A stretch of 64,000 nucleotides of DNA from Anaerohalosphaeraceae bacterium (GTDB taxonomy: Bacteria; Planctomycetota; Phycisphaerae; Sedimentisphaerales; Anaerohalosphaeraceae): NCBI GenBank assembly GCA_039679345.1, contig JBDKVE010000298.1, positions 3,221 to 67,220 on the forward strand, read 5' to 3'. Each line of letters starts with the position of its first letter. Within the stretch, counting starts at the first letter, position 1. The notes under the pieces are model-generated. The model was not told the DNA's origin, did not search any database, and saw nothing but the letters and a program-made list of their open reading frames with translations. Position numbers and translations under genes: made by a program. Positions 18,921-28,491 of the stretch are shown here, one piece after another.

Positions 18921-20963
18921 TTATTCTTCGGAGACCTGCTGGCGGTTCTTGGCGTACTGAGTGACGACCTGCTGCTGAATATTCGGCGGGGTCGTTTCGT
19001 AATGACTCAGTTCCATGGAGTATCTGCCCTGGCCGCCGGTGACACTTTTGAGCTGGCTGTTGTATTGTGAGACTTCCGACAGCGGGGCCTGGGCTTTGAT
19101 GACGACCATATTGCCCGGCAGCATATCCTGTCCGGTGACGCGTCCACGCCTCGAAGCCATATCGCCGGTGATATCGCCCATATTTTCAGCCGGGATGGTG
19201 ATTTCCATATTGACCACCGGTTCCAGCAGGGAGGGCTTGGCCTTCTGCAGGGCGTCAATGAAGGCGTTCTTTCCGGCGATGCGGAAGGCGACTTCCTTGG
19301 AATCGACGGGGTGATATTTGCCGTCATAAACGGATACCTTGACATCCTGCATCGGGAAGCCCGCCACGACGCCGCATTCCATCACATCGTGGATGCCCTT
19401 GAGAATGGCCGGTTCATATTGTCCGGGAACGGAGCCGCCGAAGATATCCCAGCTAAACACCAGCGACGGATCCGAATTGCGTTCAGCCGGTTCGACGCGG
19501 AGATAGACTTCACCAAACTGGCCGGCGCCGCCGGATTGCTTTTTGTGGCGATAGTGGCCGTCGCCTTTGGCGGTGATGGTTTCACGATATGGAATTTTGG
19601 GTGCCTTGGTGTTGACGCTGACTTTGTACCGATGTTCCATTTTGGCCAGCATCACCCGCAGATGCAGGTCACCGAGACCGTTGATGACCAGTTCCTTGGT
19701 TTGGGAGTCGCGCGTTACTTTGAAACAGGCGTCTTCTTCGGAGAGTTTTTCAAGGGCACTTCCCAGCTTGCTTTCGTCGTTACGGCTGGCCGGTTCAAGG
19801 GCCAGTGAGAACATGGGTTTGGGAATCGGAGGCATTTCGATTTTGCCTTCGAATTTGCCGTCATGAATGAAATCCCCAAGTCGGAGTTCTTCCAGTTTGG
19901 CCAGCGTGACCAGTTCACCTGCTGTTGAGGCCTCGATTTCCTTGCCCTCGTTGCCCTGCATGCGAAGCGGATGACCGACGCGAATGGCTTTTTTTGCATC
20001 GTTGACCATCAGGTGGGTCAATGCGCTCAGCGAACCGCTGAAGATGCGGATTGAGGAGTATTTCATTCCGGACCGTGAATCGAAACCGACGCGAAATACG
20101 ATGCCGGCGAGCGGTGCATTTGCATCGGGTTTGATGATTTCAGTTGTGCCGTCGGGCTTTTTGAGGGAAGAAAACGGACCGTCGGCCGGCGAAGGAGCAT
20201 AGGTGGTGATAAAGTTCAATACATCAACGACACCAATTTCCTTGCGAGCGTCGGTAAACAGAATCGGAACAACCGTGCCGGCAACCAGCGCTTTGACGAA
20301 GCATTCCTTGATTTTTTCCGGGGCAATCGTTTCGCCGCCGAGATAGGCTTCCATCAGGGCGTCGTCGGCCTCGACTACGCGTTCGATCAATTCCATGTTG
20401 GCGGAGGCCGCGTCCATCACCGGGCTTTCGCCCTGGGTGTTGTTGAGGCAGTCAATAATGCTCTGCTTGTTTGCTCCGGGAAGATTGACACAGCGGCACT
20501 GAGGGCCGAAGCTTTCCTGGATATGCCCAACCAGTTCCGTCAGATCGGCGTTTTCGGCATCCATTTTGTTGATGATGATCATCCGTGCCCGGTTGGCGGC
20601 AGTGGCGGCGGCAAACAATTTGCGAGTGTTGATTTCAATTCCCGATGAAGCGCTGATGACGATGACGGCAATTTCAGCGGCCGGGATGGACTGTAAGGCA
20701 CCGCCGATGAAGTCAGGGTAGCCGGGGGTGTCGATGATATTGATCATTTTGCCGGCGTGGGTAAGATACATCGTTGCGGAATGAATGGAGTGGCCTCTGT
20801 TTTTTTCTTCGTCGTCAAAATCGCTGACGGTATTCTTGTCGGTAACATTACCTAAACGATTGACGGAGCCGCACTTATGAAGCATTGATTCGACCAGACT
20901 TGTTTTTCCCGAACCACCATGTCCCAAAAGTACGATATTGCGGATATCGCTTACATTTGTCAC
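18921..20963 (-). CDS. Elongation factor G family GTPase (divergent EF-G2-type paralog)
   Basis: 680 aa, GTG start with ggagg SD. G1 is GHGGSGKTSL and G3 is DTPGYPDF (canonical EF-G has AHIDAGKTT and DTPGHVDF). Domain IV has YHPVDSKEVAFRIAG. Confidence 0.85.
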   Translation of the reverse strand: MTNVSDIRNIVLLGHGGSGKTSLVESMLHKCGSVNRLGNVTDKNTVSDFDDEEKNRGHSIHSATMYLTHAGKMINIIDTPGYPDFIGGALQSIPAAEIAVIVISASSGIEINTRKLFAAATAANRARMIIINKMDAENADLTELVGHIQESFGPQCRCVNLPGANKQSIIDCLNNTQGESPVMDAASANMELIERVVEADDALMEAYLGGETIAPEKIKECFVKALVAGTVVPILFTDARKEIGVVDVLNFITTYAPSPADGPFSSLKKPDGTTEIIKPDANAPLAGIVFRVGFDSRSGMKYSSIRIFSGSLSALTHLMVNDAKKAIRVGHPLRMQGNEGKEIEASTAGELVTLAKLEELRLGDFIHDGKFEGKIEMPPIPKPMFSLALEPASRNDESKLGSALEKLSEEDACFKVTRDSQTKELVINGLGDLHLRVMLAKMEHRYKVSVNTKAPKIPYRETITAKGDGHYRHKKQSGGAGQFGEVYLRVEPAERNSDPSLVFSWDIFGGSVPGQYEPAILKGIHDVMECGVVAGFPMQDVKVSVYDGKYHPVDSKEVAFRIAGKNAFIDALQKAKPSLLEPVVNMEITIPAENMGDITGDMASRRGRVTGQDMLPGNMVVIKAQAPLSEVSQYNSQLKSVTGGQGRYSMELSHYETTPPNIQQQVVTQYAKNRQQVSEE

Positions 20964-21149
20964 TGTTCAAAACCTCCATATAAAGAATAATTTCGTTTTG
21001 ACAGAATCCTTGAAAGTGCCGGATTTTACATAATTTAAATGATTCAGGCAAGAAGAAAAACCAATTATATGGTATACCAGAAATAAGATGTACAATAATT
21101 ATATATAGAAAAATTGGTTTATGGGAAGGCTGTCGCGTGTGAATCCAGC

Positions 21150-21178
21150 TTGACTTGAGGAGTCAACTCCATGATAAT
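21150..21178 (+). promoter_or_regulatory. Sigma70-like promoter for 21205 gene
   Basis: TTGACT (21150..21155), 17 nt, GATAAT (21173..21178). The palindrome ttgacttgaggagtcaa overlaps the -35. Confidence 0.5.
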
Positions 21179-21204
21179 AAATAAAAAAGAAGGGGTGGTG
21201 GTTT

Positions 21205-22137
21205 ATGACTATGCGTCTTGCGATATTAATATTGATGCTTTGCTGTAATTGCACCCTCGCATCAGAATTACCCCGGGAGATTGTCGTTCGTCCTGGCGCG
21301 GAAGTGATTGGTGCCGATAGTTTTCTCTGCAAGGCTATGGATAACCCGACATTAGGCCATGCACGGCTGCGCGTTTGGATTCGGGGGGTGGAGAAACTCG
21401 CTGATCCCAATACCCAAATAGCCGCTATTGATTTTCTTAAAGAAGCGTTCCATTCGGCAAAATCGGTTCGTTTGAAGAATATCCATTATAGTTTTGGTTT
21501 TCGAATCACGGCCGATGTCTGGGTGGATGGGATGCTCTTGTCAAAAAGGATGACAGCGCGAGGGATGGCAACAGATATTGACCAGAAGCCCGCCGGTGAT
21601 ATTCAGCTTGCCGGCAGCCAGGATGCCCAACCCCTGTGGATGATTCCGCGTCCTGTGGATCGACCCTCCAGGCCGGTGGTGCATCTACAGCAAATTAAAG
21701 TGGGTGATTTATTTAAAAAGCCGGTGGATTTGCGGGCGATAACCCCTCAGACCACGTTTTCCGAGGCGATTGATATTCTCAGTCGAGCCATCGAGCCGCG
21801 TCTGCCATTGATTGTGTTATGGAAGGATCTGGAACTGAATACGAATATTCAGCAGGATACGGAAGTGGGAATCAGCGGATTGACAACAATTCCTTTGGGG
21901 TATGCCCTGGAACTCATTTTGCGTTCAGCGGCCGGAAGCGGACCGAAACCGCTGATTGTTATTGAAGGCGGAGTTTTGACCCTTGGCAGCCAATCTACGC
22001 TTAGAAAACAATCGCAAAACAAGGTCTATTCTATACAAGATTTAATGAATCCTCAAAACCTGGATTTGGAATATGGCAGTAGTAATGGATACGGGAATTC
22101 AGGTCTCGGTCTGGGTGACATGGGGACAGGCAGGTAA
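21205..22137 (+). CDS. Hypothetical secreted protein
   Basis: 310 aa with a signal peptide (MTMRLAILILMLCCNCTLA), a Gly-rich C-terminal tail, and SD gaagggg upstream. I recognised no family motif with confidence. Confidence 0.6.
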   Translation: MTMRLAILILMLCCNCTLASELPREIVVRPGAEVIGADSFLCKAMDNPTLGHARLRVWIRGVEKLADPNTQIAAIDFLKEAFHSAKSVRLKNIHYSFGFRITADVWVDGMLLSKRMTARGMATDIDQKPAGDIQLAGSQDAQPLWMIPRPVDRPSRPVVHLQQIKVGDLFKKPVDLRAITPQTTFSEAIDILSRAIEPRLPLIVLWKDLELNTNIQQDTEVGISGLTTIPLGYALELILRSAAGSGPKPLIVIEGGVLTLGSQSTLRKQSQNKVYSIQDLMNPQNLDLEYGSSNGYGNSGLGLGDMGTGR

Positions 22138-22408
22138 AAAGCTCTATAGAATCGGGATTCATAGATAATGCAAGATATCTGTAAACAGATGTCTTTATTT
22201 CCAGAAAGTCCAAATAGGGTTGAATTTGTCTATAAATCACGAACAATAAGCAATTCACGTCCGATAATTCATTGAATATTTAAGATTTGTAAATAGAATA
22301 CGAATTTGCTCTTAAGATTCATGGAGATAGTACCGATGAAGTTGCGTAGTGGGATTGCCGGTGTAGGCAACCCGTGTGTAGCAGCATTATGTGTAAAGGA
22401 TGTTCGTA

Positions 22409-25024
22409 ATGCAAACGGTTCGTACATTTACTGTGAAGCCTTCATTGCCGGAGCCGCTGAAAGATTTAAAAGTCATTGCCTCGAATTTGTATTGGTCCTG
22501 GCATTATGACATTACAGATATATTTCGTCGCATCGACTATGATTTGTGGAAGCAATGCGCTCATAACCCGGTCAAGATGCTGGGGATGGTGTCGCAGGCA
22601 CGGCTGGAGGATTTGGCCCGGAACGAAGGTTTTCTGTATCAGCTTCAGCAGGCGAAAAAGCAGCTTGAAGAGACGGTGAATGCGCCGTCCTGGTATGACA
22701 AGATTTATTCGGCGAAAACCAAAAAGCCGTTGATCGCCTATTTCAGCGCCGAGTTCGGAACCCATGAATCACTGCCGATTTATTCGGGTGGTCTGGGGAT
22801 GCTGGCCGGCGATCATCTCAAGAGCGCTTCGGACCTTGGTGTTCCGCTGGCGGGTGTTGGCCTGCTGTATCAGAAAGGCTACTTCCGTCAATATCTGAAC
22901 ACCGACGGCTGGCAGCAGGAACATTATCTGGAAAATGATTTTTATAATATGCCTCTGGAGCAGGTGACCAAACCAAGCGGTCATCCGCTGACGATCAGCG
23001 TACAATTCCCGGCCCGGACCGTGGTATGCAATATCTGGAAGGCGTCCGTCGGGCGAGTCGGGCTGTATCTGCTGGATACGAATGTTCCGGCCAACAGTCC
23101 GGCGGATCGGACCATTACCCAGACCCTGTACGGCGGCGATAATGAAATGCGTATCTGCCAGGAAATTATTCTTGGCATCGGCGGCCTGAAGGCATTATAT
23201 GCGATGGGCCTGGAGCCGACGGTGTGCCACATGAATGAAGGACATGCCGCGTTTATGGCTCTGGAACGTGTTCGCAAGATGCGCAGCCTGCACAATATGA
23301 GTTTTGATGAGGCCGTGGAAGTGACCCGGGCGAGCAACATTTTTACGGTTCATACGCCGGTTGCCGCGGGTAACGATGAATTCCCGGTTGAAATGATGGA
23401 TAAATATTTCGGCCATTATTTCAGCAAGCTGGGTATTCATCGCGACCAGTTTCTGGCGCTTGGACGGATCAAGCCGACGGATCACCACGAAAGCTTCAAG
23501 ATGCCGGTTTTGGCAATTCGGATGAGCACCTCCCGCAACGGCGTCAGCCAGTTGCATGGTGAAGTGTCCCGCAAGATCTGGGCGGGCCTGTGGCCGGAAC
23601 TACCGATAGACCAGGTGCCGATTACGTCGATTACCAACGGCGTTCATGCCCGTACATGGCTGAGCGGCGAAGTCAATTCTTTATACGAACGATATCTGGG
23701 TGCGCGATGGTCGGATGAGATCGTCGATAAATCCATCTGGCACAATGTGGACCAGATTCCGGATGAGGAATTGTGGCGCATTCACCAGCGCTGCAAAGAA
23801 CGCCTGGTGGGTTTTGCCCGTGCACGGCTGAAACGCCAGTTGCAGCGGCGCGGGGCATTCCACACGGAACTGGGCTGGGCGGAAGAAGTGCTGGACCCGG
23901 AAGCATTGACCATTGGTTTTGCCCGTCGGTTTGCAACGTATAAACGCGGCAACCTGCTGCTTCGCGAGCCGCATCGACTGCTCAAACTGCTGAGCAATAT
24001 CGAGCAGCCGGTGCAGTTTATCTTTGCAGGCAAGGCGCATCCTCGCGATACGGCCGGCAAGGACCTCATTCGGCAAATTGTACATTTTGCCAGTGAAAAT
24101 CCGCAGATTCGCCGCAAGCTGGTTTTCCTTGAAGACTATGATATGGACATTGCCCGGTACATGGTGCAGGGCGTGGATATCTGGCTGAACAACCCGCGTC
24201 GTCCGATGGAAGCCAGCGGCACCAGCGGCATGAAAGCGGCGCTCAACGGCGTGCTGAACATGAGCACCCTGGACGGCTGGTGGTGCGAGGGTTATATTCC
24301 CGACGGCGGCTGGATTATCGGCGCCGGTGAGGAATATGATGACCTGAGCTATCAGGACCAGGTGGAATCGCAGGCAATCTATAATATGATGGAACAGGAA
24401 GTGGTTCCGCTGTTTTACTCCCGGTCAAAGGATCGGCTGCCGCGACGGTGGATTCGCCGGATGAAAAACACCATTAAATGGTGTGCTCCGCGGTTCAATA
24501 CCAGCCGCATGGTGGCTGAATACACCCGCAGATTTTATAATCCCGCGGCAATGAAGTGGGATGAACTGACGGATAATACGATGGAACGCGTCAAGGCGTT
24601 GTCGCTGTGGAAAGCCGCGACGCGCAATGCCTGGGGTGATCTGCAGTTTATGGATGTACAGGTTCAGACCAGCAGGGAAGAGCCGTTTGCAAGCTGGAAC
24701 GGTCACAAGCCGGAACTGATGGTTGGCGGCGAGTTAAAAGTCCTGTCGCAGGTTCGCCTGGGACGGCTGAAACCGACGGATATTTCCGTGCAGATTTATC
24801 ATGGCCAGGTGGATTCATCCGGCAAGATCGAAGGCGGGCATATCACCGATATGCAGTATGTTGAAAACTCTCTGAATCCCGATGGCGTGGCAACCTTTGC
24901 CGGCGAACTGCCGTGCCGGGTGTCCGGTCAGCAGGGCTTCAGTCTGCGAATTGTTCCCAAGCATCAGGACCTTGTCGAACCCTATGAGTCCGGGATGATT
25001 TTGTGGGAAAATGCCACTCGGTAA
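22409..25024 (+). CDS. glgP: Alpha-glucan phosphorylase (GT35, GlgP family)
   Basis: MQTVRTFTVKPSLPEPLKDLKVIASNLYWSW is the typical N-terminus. YSGGLGMLAGDHLKSASDLG is present, and EASGTSGMKAALNG is the PLP-Lys motif. ATG 22409 is preferred over 22400 on SD spacing. Confidence 0.92.
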   Translation: MQTVRTFTVKPSLPEPLKDLKVIASNLYWSWHYDITDIFRRIDYDLWKQCAHNPVKMLGMVSQARLEDLARNEGFLYQLQQAKKQLEETVNAPSWYDKIYSAKTKKPLIAYFSAEFGTHESLPIYSGGLGMLAGDHLKSASDLGVPLAGVGLLYQKGYFRQYLNTDGWQQEHYLENDFYNMPLEQVTKPSGHPLTISVQFPARTVVCNIWKASVGRVGLYLLDTNVPANSPADRTITQTLYGGDNEMRICQEIILGIGGLKALYAMGLEPTVCHMNEGHAAFMALERVRKMRSLHNMSFDEAVEVTRASNIFTVHTPVAAGNDEFPVEMMDKYFGHYFSKLGIHRDQFLALGRIKPTDHHESFKMPVLAIRMSTSRNGVSQLHGEVSRKIWAGLWPELPIDQVPITSITNGVHARTWLSGEVNSLYERYLGARWSDEIVDKSIWHNVDQIPDEELWRIHQRCKERLVGFARARLKRQLQRRGAFHTELGWAEEVLDPEALTIGFARRFATYKRGNLLLREPHRLLKLLSNIEQPVQFIFAGKAHPRDTAGKDLIRQIVHFASENPQIRRKLVFLEDYDMDIARYMVQGVDIWLNNPRRPMEASGTSGMKAALNGVLNMSTLDGWWCEGYIPDGGWIIGAGEEYDDLSYQDQVESQAIYNMMEQEVVPLFYSRSKDRLPRRWIRRMKNTIKWCAPRFNTSRMVAEYTRRFYNPAAMKWDELTDNTMERVKALSLWKAATRNAWGDLQFMDVQVQTSREEPFASWNGHKPELMVGGELKVLSQVRLGRLKPTDISVQIYHGQVDSSGKIEGGHITDMQYVENSLNPDGVATFAGELPCRVSGQQGFSLRIVPKHQDLVEPYESGMILWENATR

Positions 25025-25049
25025 TTCCGAAGACCTATTTGATATGCAA

Positions 25050-25078
25050 GGCTCCGATAGTTTATCGGGGCCTTTTTT
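25050..25078 (+). terminator. Terminator after glgP
   Basis: ggctccgat pairs with atcggggcc, followed by tttttt (25073..25078). Confidence 0.7.
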
Positions 25079-25517
25079 ATTGGCTGGTCAGATTCCGCCG
25101 GTTCAGCAGCAGGGCTCTGATTTCTTCGGGATTGTTCAGTCCGTACAGATAGCCTTCGGCTATTTGCTGGCCAGTGCCGGCGGTCTGAATATCCAACCGC
25201 CACAGGCCCAGCATCCGCAGCAGGGGGCCTTGCGTCAATACCAGGTCGGTGATGCGTTCGATGGGAATTGCTTTTCGTTTTAGAAAAATGACCCCCTGTT
25301 CGATATGCAGGGTACGTCCTTCAAGCCGGTACTGTAATGCCTCTGCCTGTTTACGGGCCAGCCAGGGGCCGAGTGTAAAGCAATACACGATTCCGAGAAT
25401 AATCCCAAAACCGAACAGGCATAATCCAAGAAATAATGCGGCGATACAGGCCGAGCAGTAAAAATACTTTTGTACTGCATCCCGGCGGATTTCGAAATGT
25501 ACGGTTGGATTGTCCAT
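25077..25517 (-). CDS. Bacterial PH domain (bPH_2/YdbS-like) membrane protein
   Basis: 146 aa. A two-TM hairpin, then LEGRTLHIEQGVIFLKRKAIPIERITDLVLTQGPLLRMLGLWRLDIQTAG, typical of bPH_2. Confidence 0.75.
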   Translation of the reverse strand: MDNPTVHFEIRRDAVQKYFYCSACIAALFLGLCLFGFGIILGIVYCFTLGPWLARKQAEALQYRLEGRTLHIEQGVIFLKRKAIPIERITDLVLTQGPLLRMLGLWRLDIQTAGTGQQIAEGYLYGLNNPEEIRALLLNRRNLTSQ

Positions 25518-25678
25518 CGCTCCATCCTTTCGGATAAGGTTATTTTTGTCAGTTTAATTATATCTCGCATGTCAGGGTGATTCAATCCTTTTCGGTTTTA
25601 ATTGCTTTTTTGGCGGGTTGGTATAGAATACCACCCTATGAGCAAAAGATAGAGATTATATTGAAATCGAGAGAACCT

Positions 25679-26632
25679 ATGCTGGGTATATTGATATTTG
25701 CAGTTGGATTGGTTTTGGTGATTAAAGGCGCCGATTTTTTGGTGGATGGAGCCAGCAGCCTGGCACGTCGATTGGGGGTGTCGGATCTGGCAATTGGGCT
25801 GACGGTGGTAGCGTTTGGAACGAGCCTGCCGGAATTGACGGTAAGTCTGTTTGCGGCGATTCAAAATCAGCCTGCTGTGGCTATCGGTAATGTGACCGGT
25901 AGTAACATCTGTAATATTCTGCTGATTTTGGGGATTTCGGCGTTGATCAGTCCCATGCAGGTTCAGCGTAGTACGGTGTGGAAGGAAATCCCATTCAGTC
26001 TGCTGGCCCAGGTGCTGCTGCTGGCGCTGGCGGCTGACCGGGTTTTGGATGGGATGGATGTCAATGTGCTGAGTCGGACGGATGGATTGAGTTTGCTGGC
26101 CCTGTTTGCGATTTTTCTGGCCTATATTGCCGGGATGGCCAGGGATTTGCCAAAGCAGGATGAGGAAGACGAATCGCATATTCTTACAATGAAAAAATCA
26201 ACAGTGCTGGTGGTGCTGGGTTTGATTCTTTTAATTATTGGCGGCAAGCTGGTTGTCAAGGGGGCGCTGGATGTCGCTCTGTGGCTGAAGATCAGCGAAA
26301 GTTTTGTTGCGGTTACGTTAGTGGCGGTGGGGACGAGTCTGCCGGAGTTGGCGACCTCCGTTGTAGCCGCTTATAAAAAGAAAGCTGATATTGCTGTAGG
26401 CAATGTGGTTGGCTCGAATATCTTCAATATCTTCCTGATCCTCGGTATCAGTTCCACCCTGCGGCAGATTCCTGTTCCTGCCGACCTGATGCTTAGCTTT
26501 TTTGTCGGGATTATCGCAACGGTGGTCCTGTTTCTCACATTATTCATCGGAAAACGGCATCGGATTGACCGCTGGCAGGGGGCGGTTATGCTGGGGCTGT
26601 ATCTGGTATATTTGATTATACAACCCCGGTAG
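25679..26632 (+). CDS. Ca2+/Na+ antiporter (CaCA, YrbG family)
   Basis: Two alpha-repeats, GTSLPELTVSLFAA and GTSLPELATSVVAA, followed by NVTGSNICNILLILG and NVVGSNIFNIFLILG. The start is taken at MLGILIFAVG. Confidence 0.88.
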   Translation: MLGILIFAVGLVLVIKGADFLVDGASSLARRLGVSDLAIGLTVVAFGTSLPELTVSLFAAIQNQPAVAIGNVTGSNICNILLILGISALISPMQVQRSTVWKEIPFSLLAQVLLLALAADRVLDGMDVNVLSRTDGLSLLALFAIFLAYIAGMARDLPKQDEEDESHILTMKKSTVLVVLGLILLIIGGKLVVKGALDVALWLKISESFVAVTLVAVGTSLPELATSVVAAYKKKADIAVGNVVGSNIFNIFLILGISSTLRQIPVPADLMLSFFVGIIATVVLFLTLFIGKRHRIDRWQGAVMLGLYLVYLIIQPR

Positions 26633-26777
26633 AGTGAGTTGGTAAACCTGACAATTGAATTGGACACCCAAGGTCCTGATCCCGAAATATTAAGATTGTT
26701 GTACTATTATGCTATCGCAACCCTGAAAATTAAATAGGCTATTGTACCTTTCTGAACAAAACCGCCGGGTTGTTTTG

Positions 26778-26806
26778 TTGACAACCAAGCGGCTGGGGTT
26801 TATGAT
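26778..26806 (+). promoter_or_regulatory. Sigma70-like promoter for phosphomannomutase gene
   Basis: TTGACA (26778..26783), 17 nt, TATGAT (26801..26806). This implies a leader of about 130 nt. Confidence 0.5.
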
Positions 26807-26945
26807 GCGAGTCTGAAAACAGGTCCCCAAATGAGCGTTCAATTGCAGAATCGGGAAGCTCATGTGGCGGTATTCCAGGTTACAAGACAAAAAGAGCATA
26901 TTCAGGATTAAAAGAATATAGAAATCTAAGTTTGGGAGCGGGACT

Positions 26946-28322
26946 ATGGACCCTTCAATCTTTAAAGCGTACGACATACGAGGAACGTATCCGGACCAGT
27001 TGGACGAGCAGGCAGCCTGGAAAATCGGCCATGCAACGGCTCAGTTTCTTCGGTCGCTGCTTCGGGGCTATGATCGCGGAATGGCTAATGCCCAGAGCGT
27101 CTGTGTCGGGCGGGATGTGCGAACGCACAGCCTGTCTTTGCGTAATGCCCTGATTGAAGGGATGAATACAGCCGGGGCGAATGTCATCGATATCGGGGTC
27201 ATCGATACGCCGCAGATGTATTTTGCGATCAATCATCTGGGAACCTGCGGCGGGGTGCAGATTACCGCCAGCCATAACGCCGCCCGCTACAATGGTTTCA
27301 AGATTGCCGGCCAGCAGGCCAAGCCCATTGGCGTTGATACCGGCCTGAAGGATATCAAGCATATTGCCACGGCCCTGCTGCATACGCTCGGCAAGCCGAC
27401 CGGCTCGGTGGAGCATTGTGATCTAACGCCGGAATACAAGAAGCACGTACTGAAATTCATCGAGCCGGGCCTCAAGAAGCTCAAGATGGTGATTGATGCC
27501 AGCAACGGCATGGCGGGCAAAATGGTGCCTGCGATTTTCGGTGAATTGCCGATTGAAATTATTCCGATCAATTTTGAACACAACGGTGTTTTCAAACATG
27601 ATCCCAATCCGCTAGTAATAGCGAATCAGGCTGAGGCAAAAGCCCTGGTTAAGTCCAAAGGCGCAGATTTTGGTGCCTGCTTTGATGGCGATGCGGATCG
27701 CCTGATGCTGATTGATGAACAGGGCAATACGATTCCCTGTGATATTATGACGGCGCTGATGGTGCCGTACTTCCTGAAGAAAAATCCGGGTTCGGCGGTG
27801 GTGTATGATTTGCGCAGCAGCCTGGTGGTGCAGGAAGAAATTCTGAAAAACGGTGGAACACCGCGCCGCGAGCGGGTGGGTCATGCGTTTATGAAAAAGA
27901 CGCTGCGTGACAGCCATGCCTGCTTTGGCGGCGAGTTGAGCGGTCATTTCTATTATCGCGACAATTACTTTGCCGATTCGGGTATGATTACGCTGGTGCA
28001 CATGCTCAACATCATCAGCCAGAGCGGCAAGCCTCTCAGTGAAATGATTGTTCCGCTGAAACGGTATTTCAGCAGCGGTGAAGTGAATTTCCATGTGGAA
28101 AATAAAGATGCGATGATGAAGGAACTGGCCCGCAAATACAGCCAGGGACAAGTGGATGACCTGGATGGGGTTACGGTTCAGTACAAAGACTGGTGGTTTA
28201 ATGTCCGTCCCAGCAACACCGAACCGCTGCTGCGGTTGAATGTGGAAGCCAAGAATGCGGATCTGCTCAAGGATAAGTTTGATGAATTGAAGGGGATGTT
28301 GGGCGAGCCGGTGGATCATTAA
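26946..28322 (+). CDS. Phosphomannomutase/phosphoglucomutase
   Basis: 458 aa. Active-site ITASHNAARYNGFK, Mg site FDGDADRLMLID, sugar-binding loop GGELSGHFYY. Confidence 0.92.
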   Translation: MDPSIFKAYDIRGTYPDQLDEQAAWKIGHATAQFLRSLLRGYDRGMANAQSVCVGRDVRTHSLSLRNALIEGMNTAGANVIDIGVIDTPQMYFAINHLGTCGGVQITASHNAARYNGFKIAGQQAKPIGVDTGLKDIKHIATALLHTLGKPTGSVEHCDLTPEYKKHVLKFIEPGLKKLKMVIDASNGMAGKMVPAIFGELPIEIIPINFEHNGVFKHDPNPLVIANQAEAKALVKSKGADFGACFDGDADRLMLIDEQGNTIPCDIMTALMVPYFLKKNPGSAVVYDLRSSLVVQEEILKNGGTPRRERVGHAFMKKTLRDSHACFGGELSGHFYYRDNYFADSGMITLVHMLNIISQSGKPLSEMIVPLKRYFSSGEVNFHVENKDAMMKELARKYSQGQVDDLDGVTVQYKDWWFNVRPSNTEPLLRLNVEAKNADLLKDKFDELKGMLGEPVDH

Positions 28323-28350
28323 AAAACCATAAAAAACACAATTTATCAAT

Positions 28351-28378
28351 AAGGCAGGTTAAGAGCTTGCCTTTTTTG
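28351..28378 (+). terminator. Terminator after phosphomannomutase gene
   Basis: aaggca pairs with tgcctt, followed by a T-run. Confidence 0.55.
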
Positions 28379-28491
28379 TTGTAACTATGGTGATGGGATT
28401 TTGTCGCAAGGTTGAGGAAGTGTCGCCGGGTTCAAGCCTTGCGGAGATGGAATGAGACAGGCGGCAAGCTAAAACGAGAAAGGAATGAATT

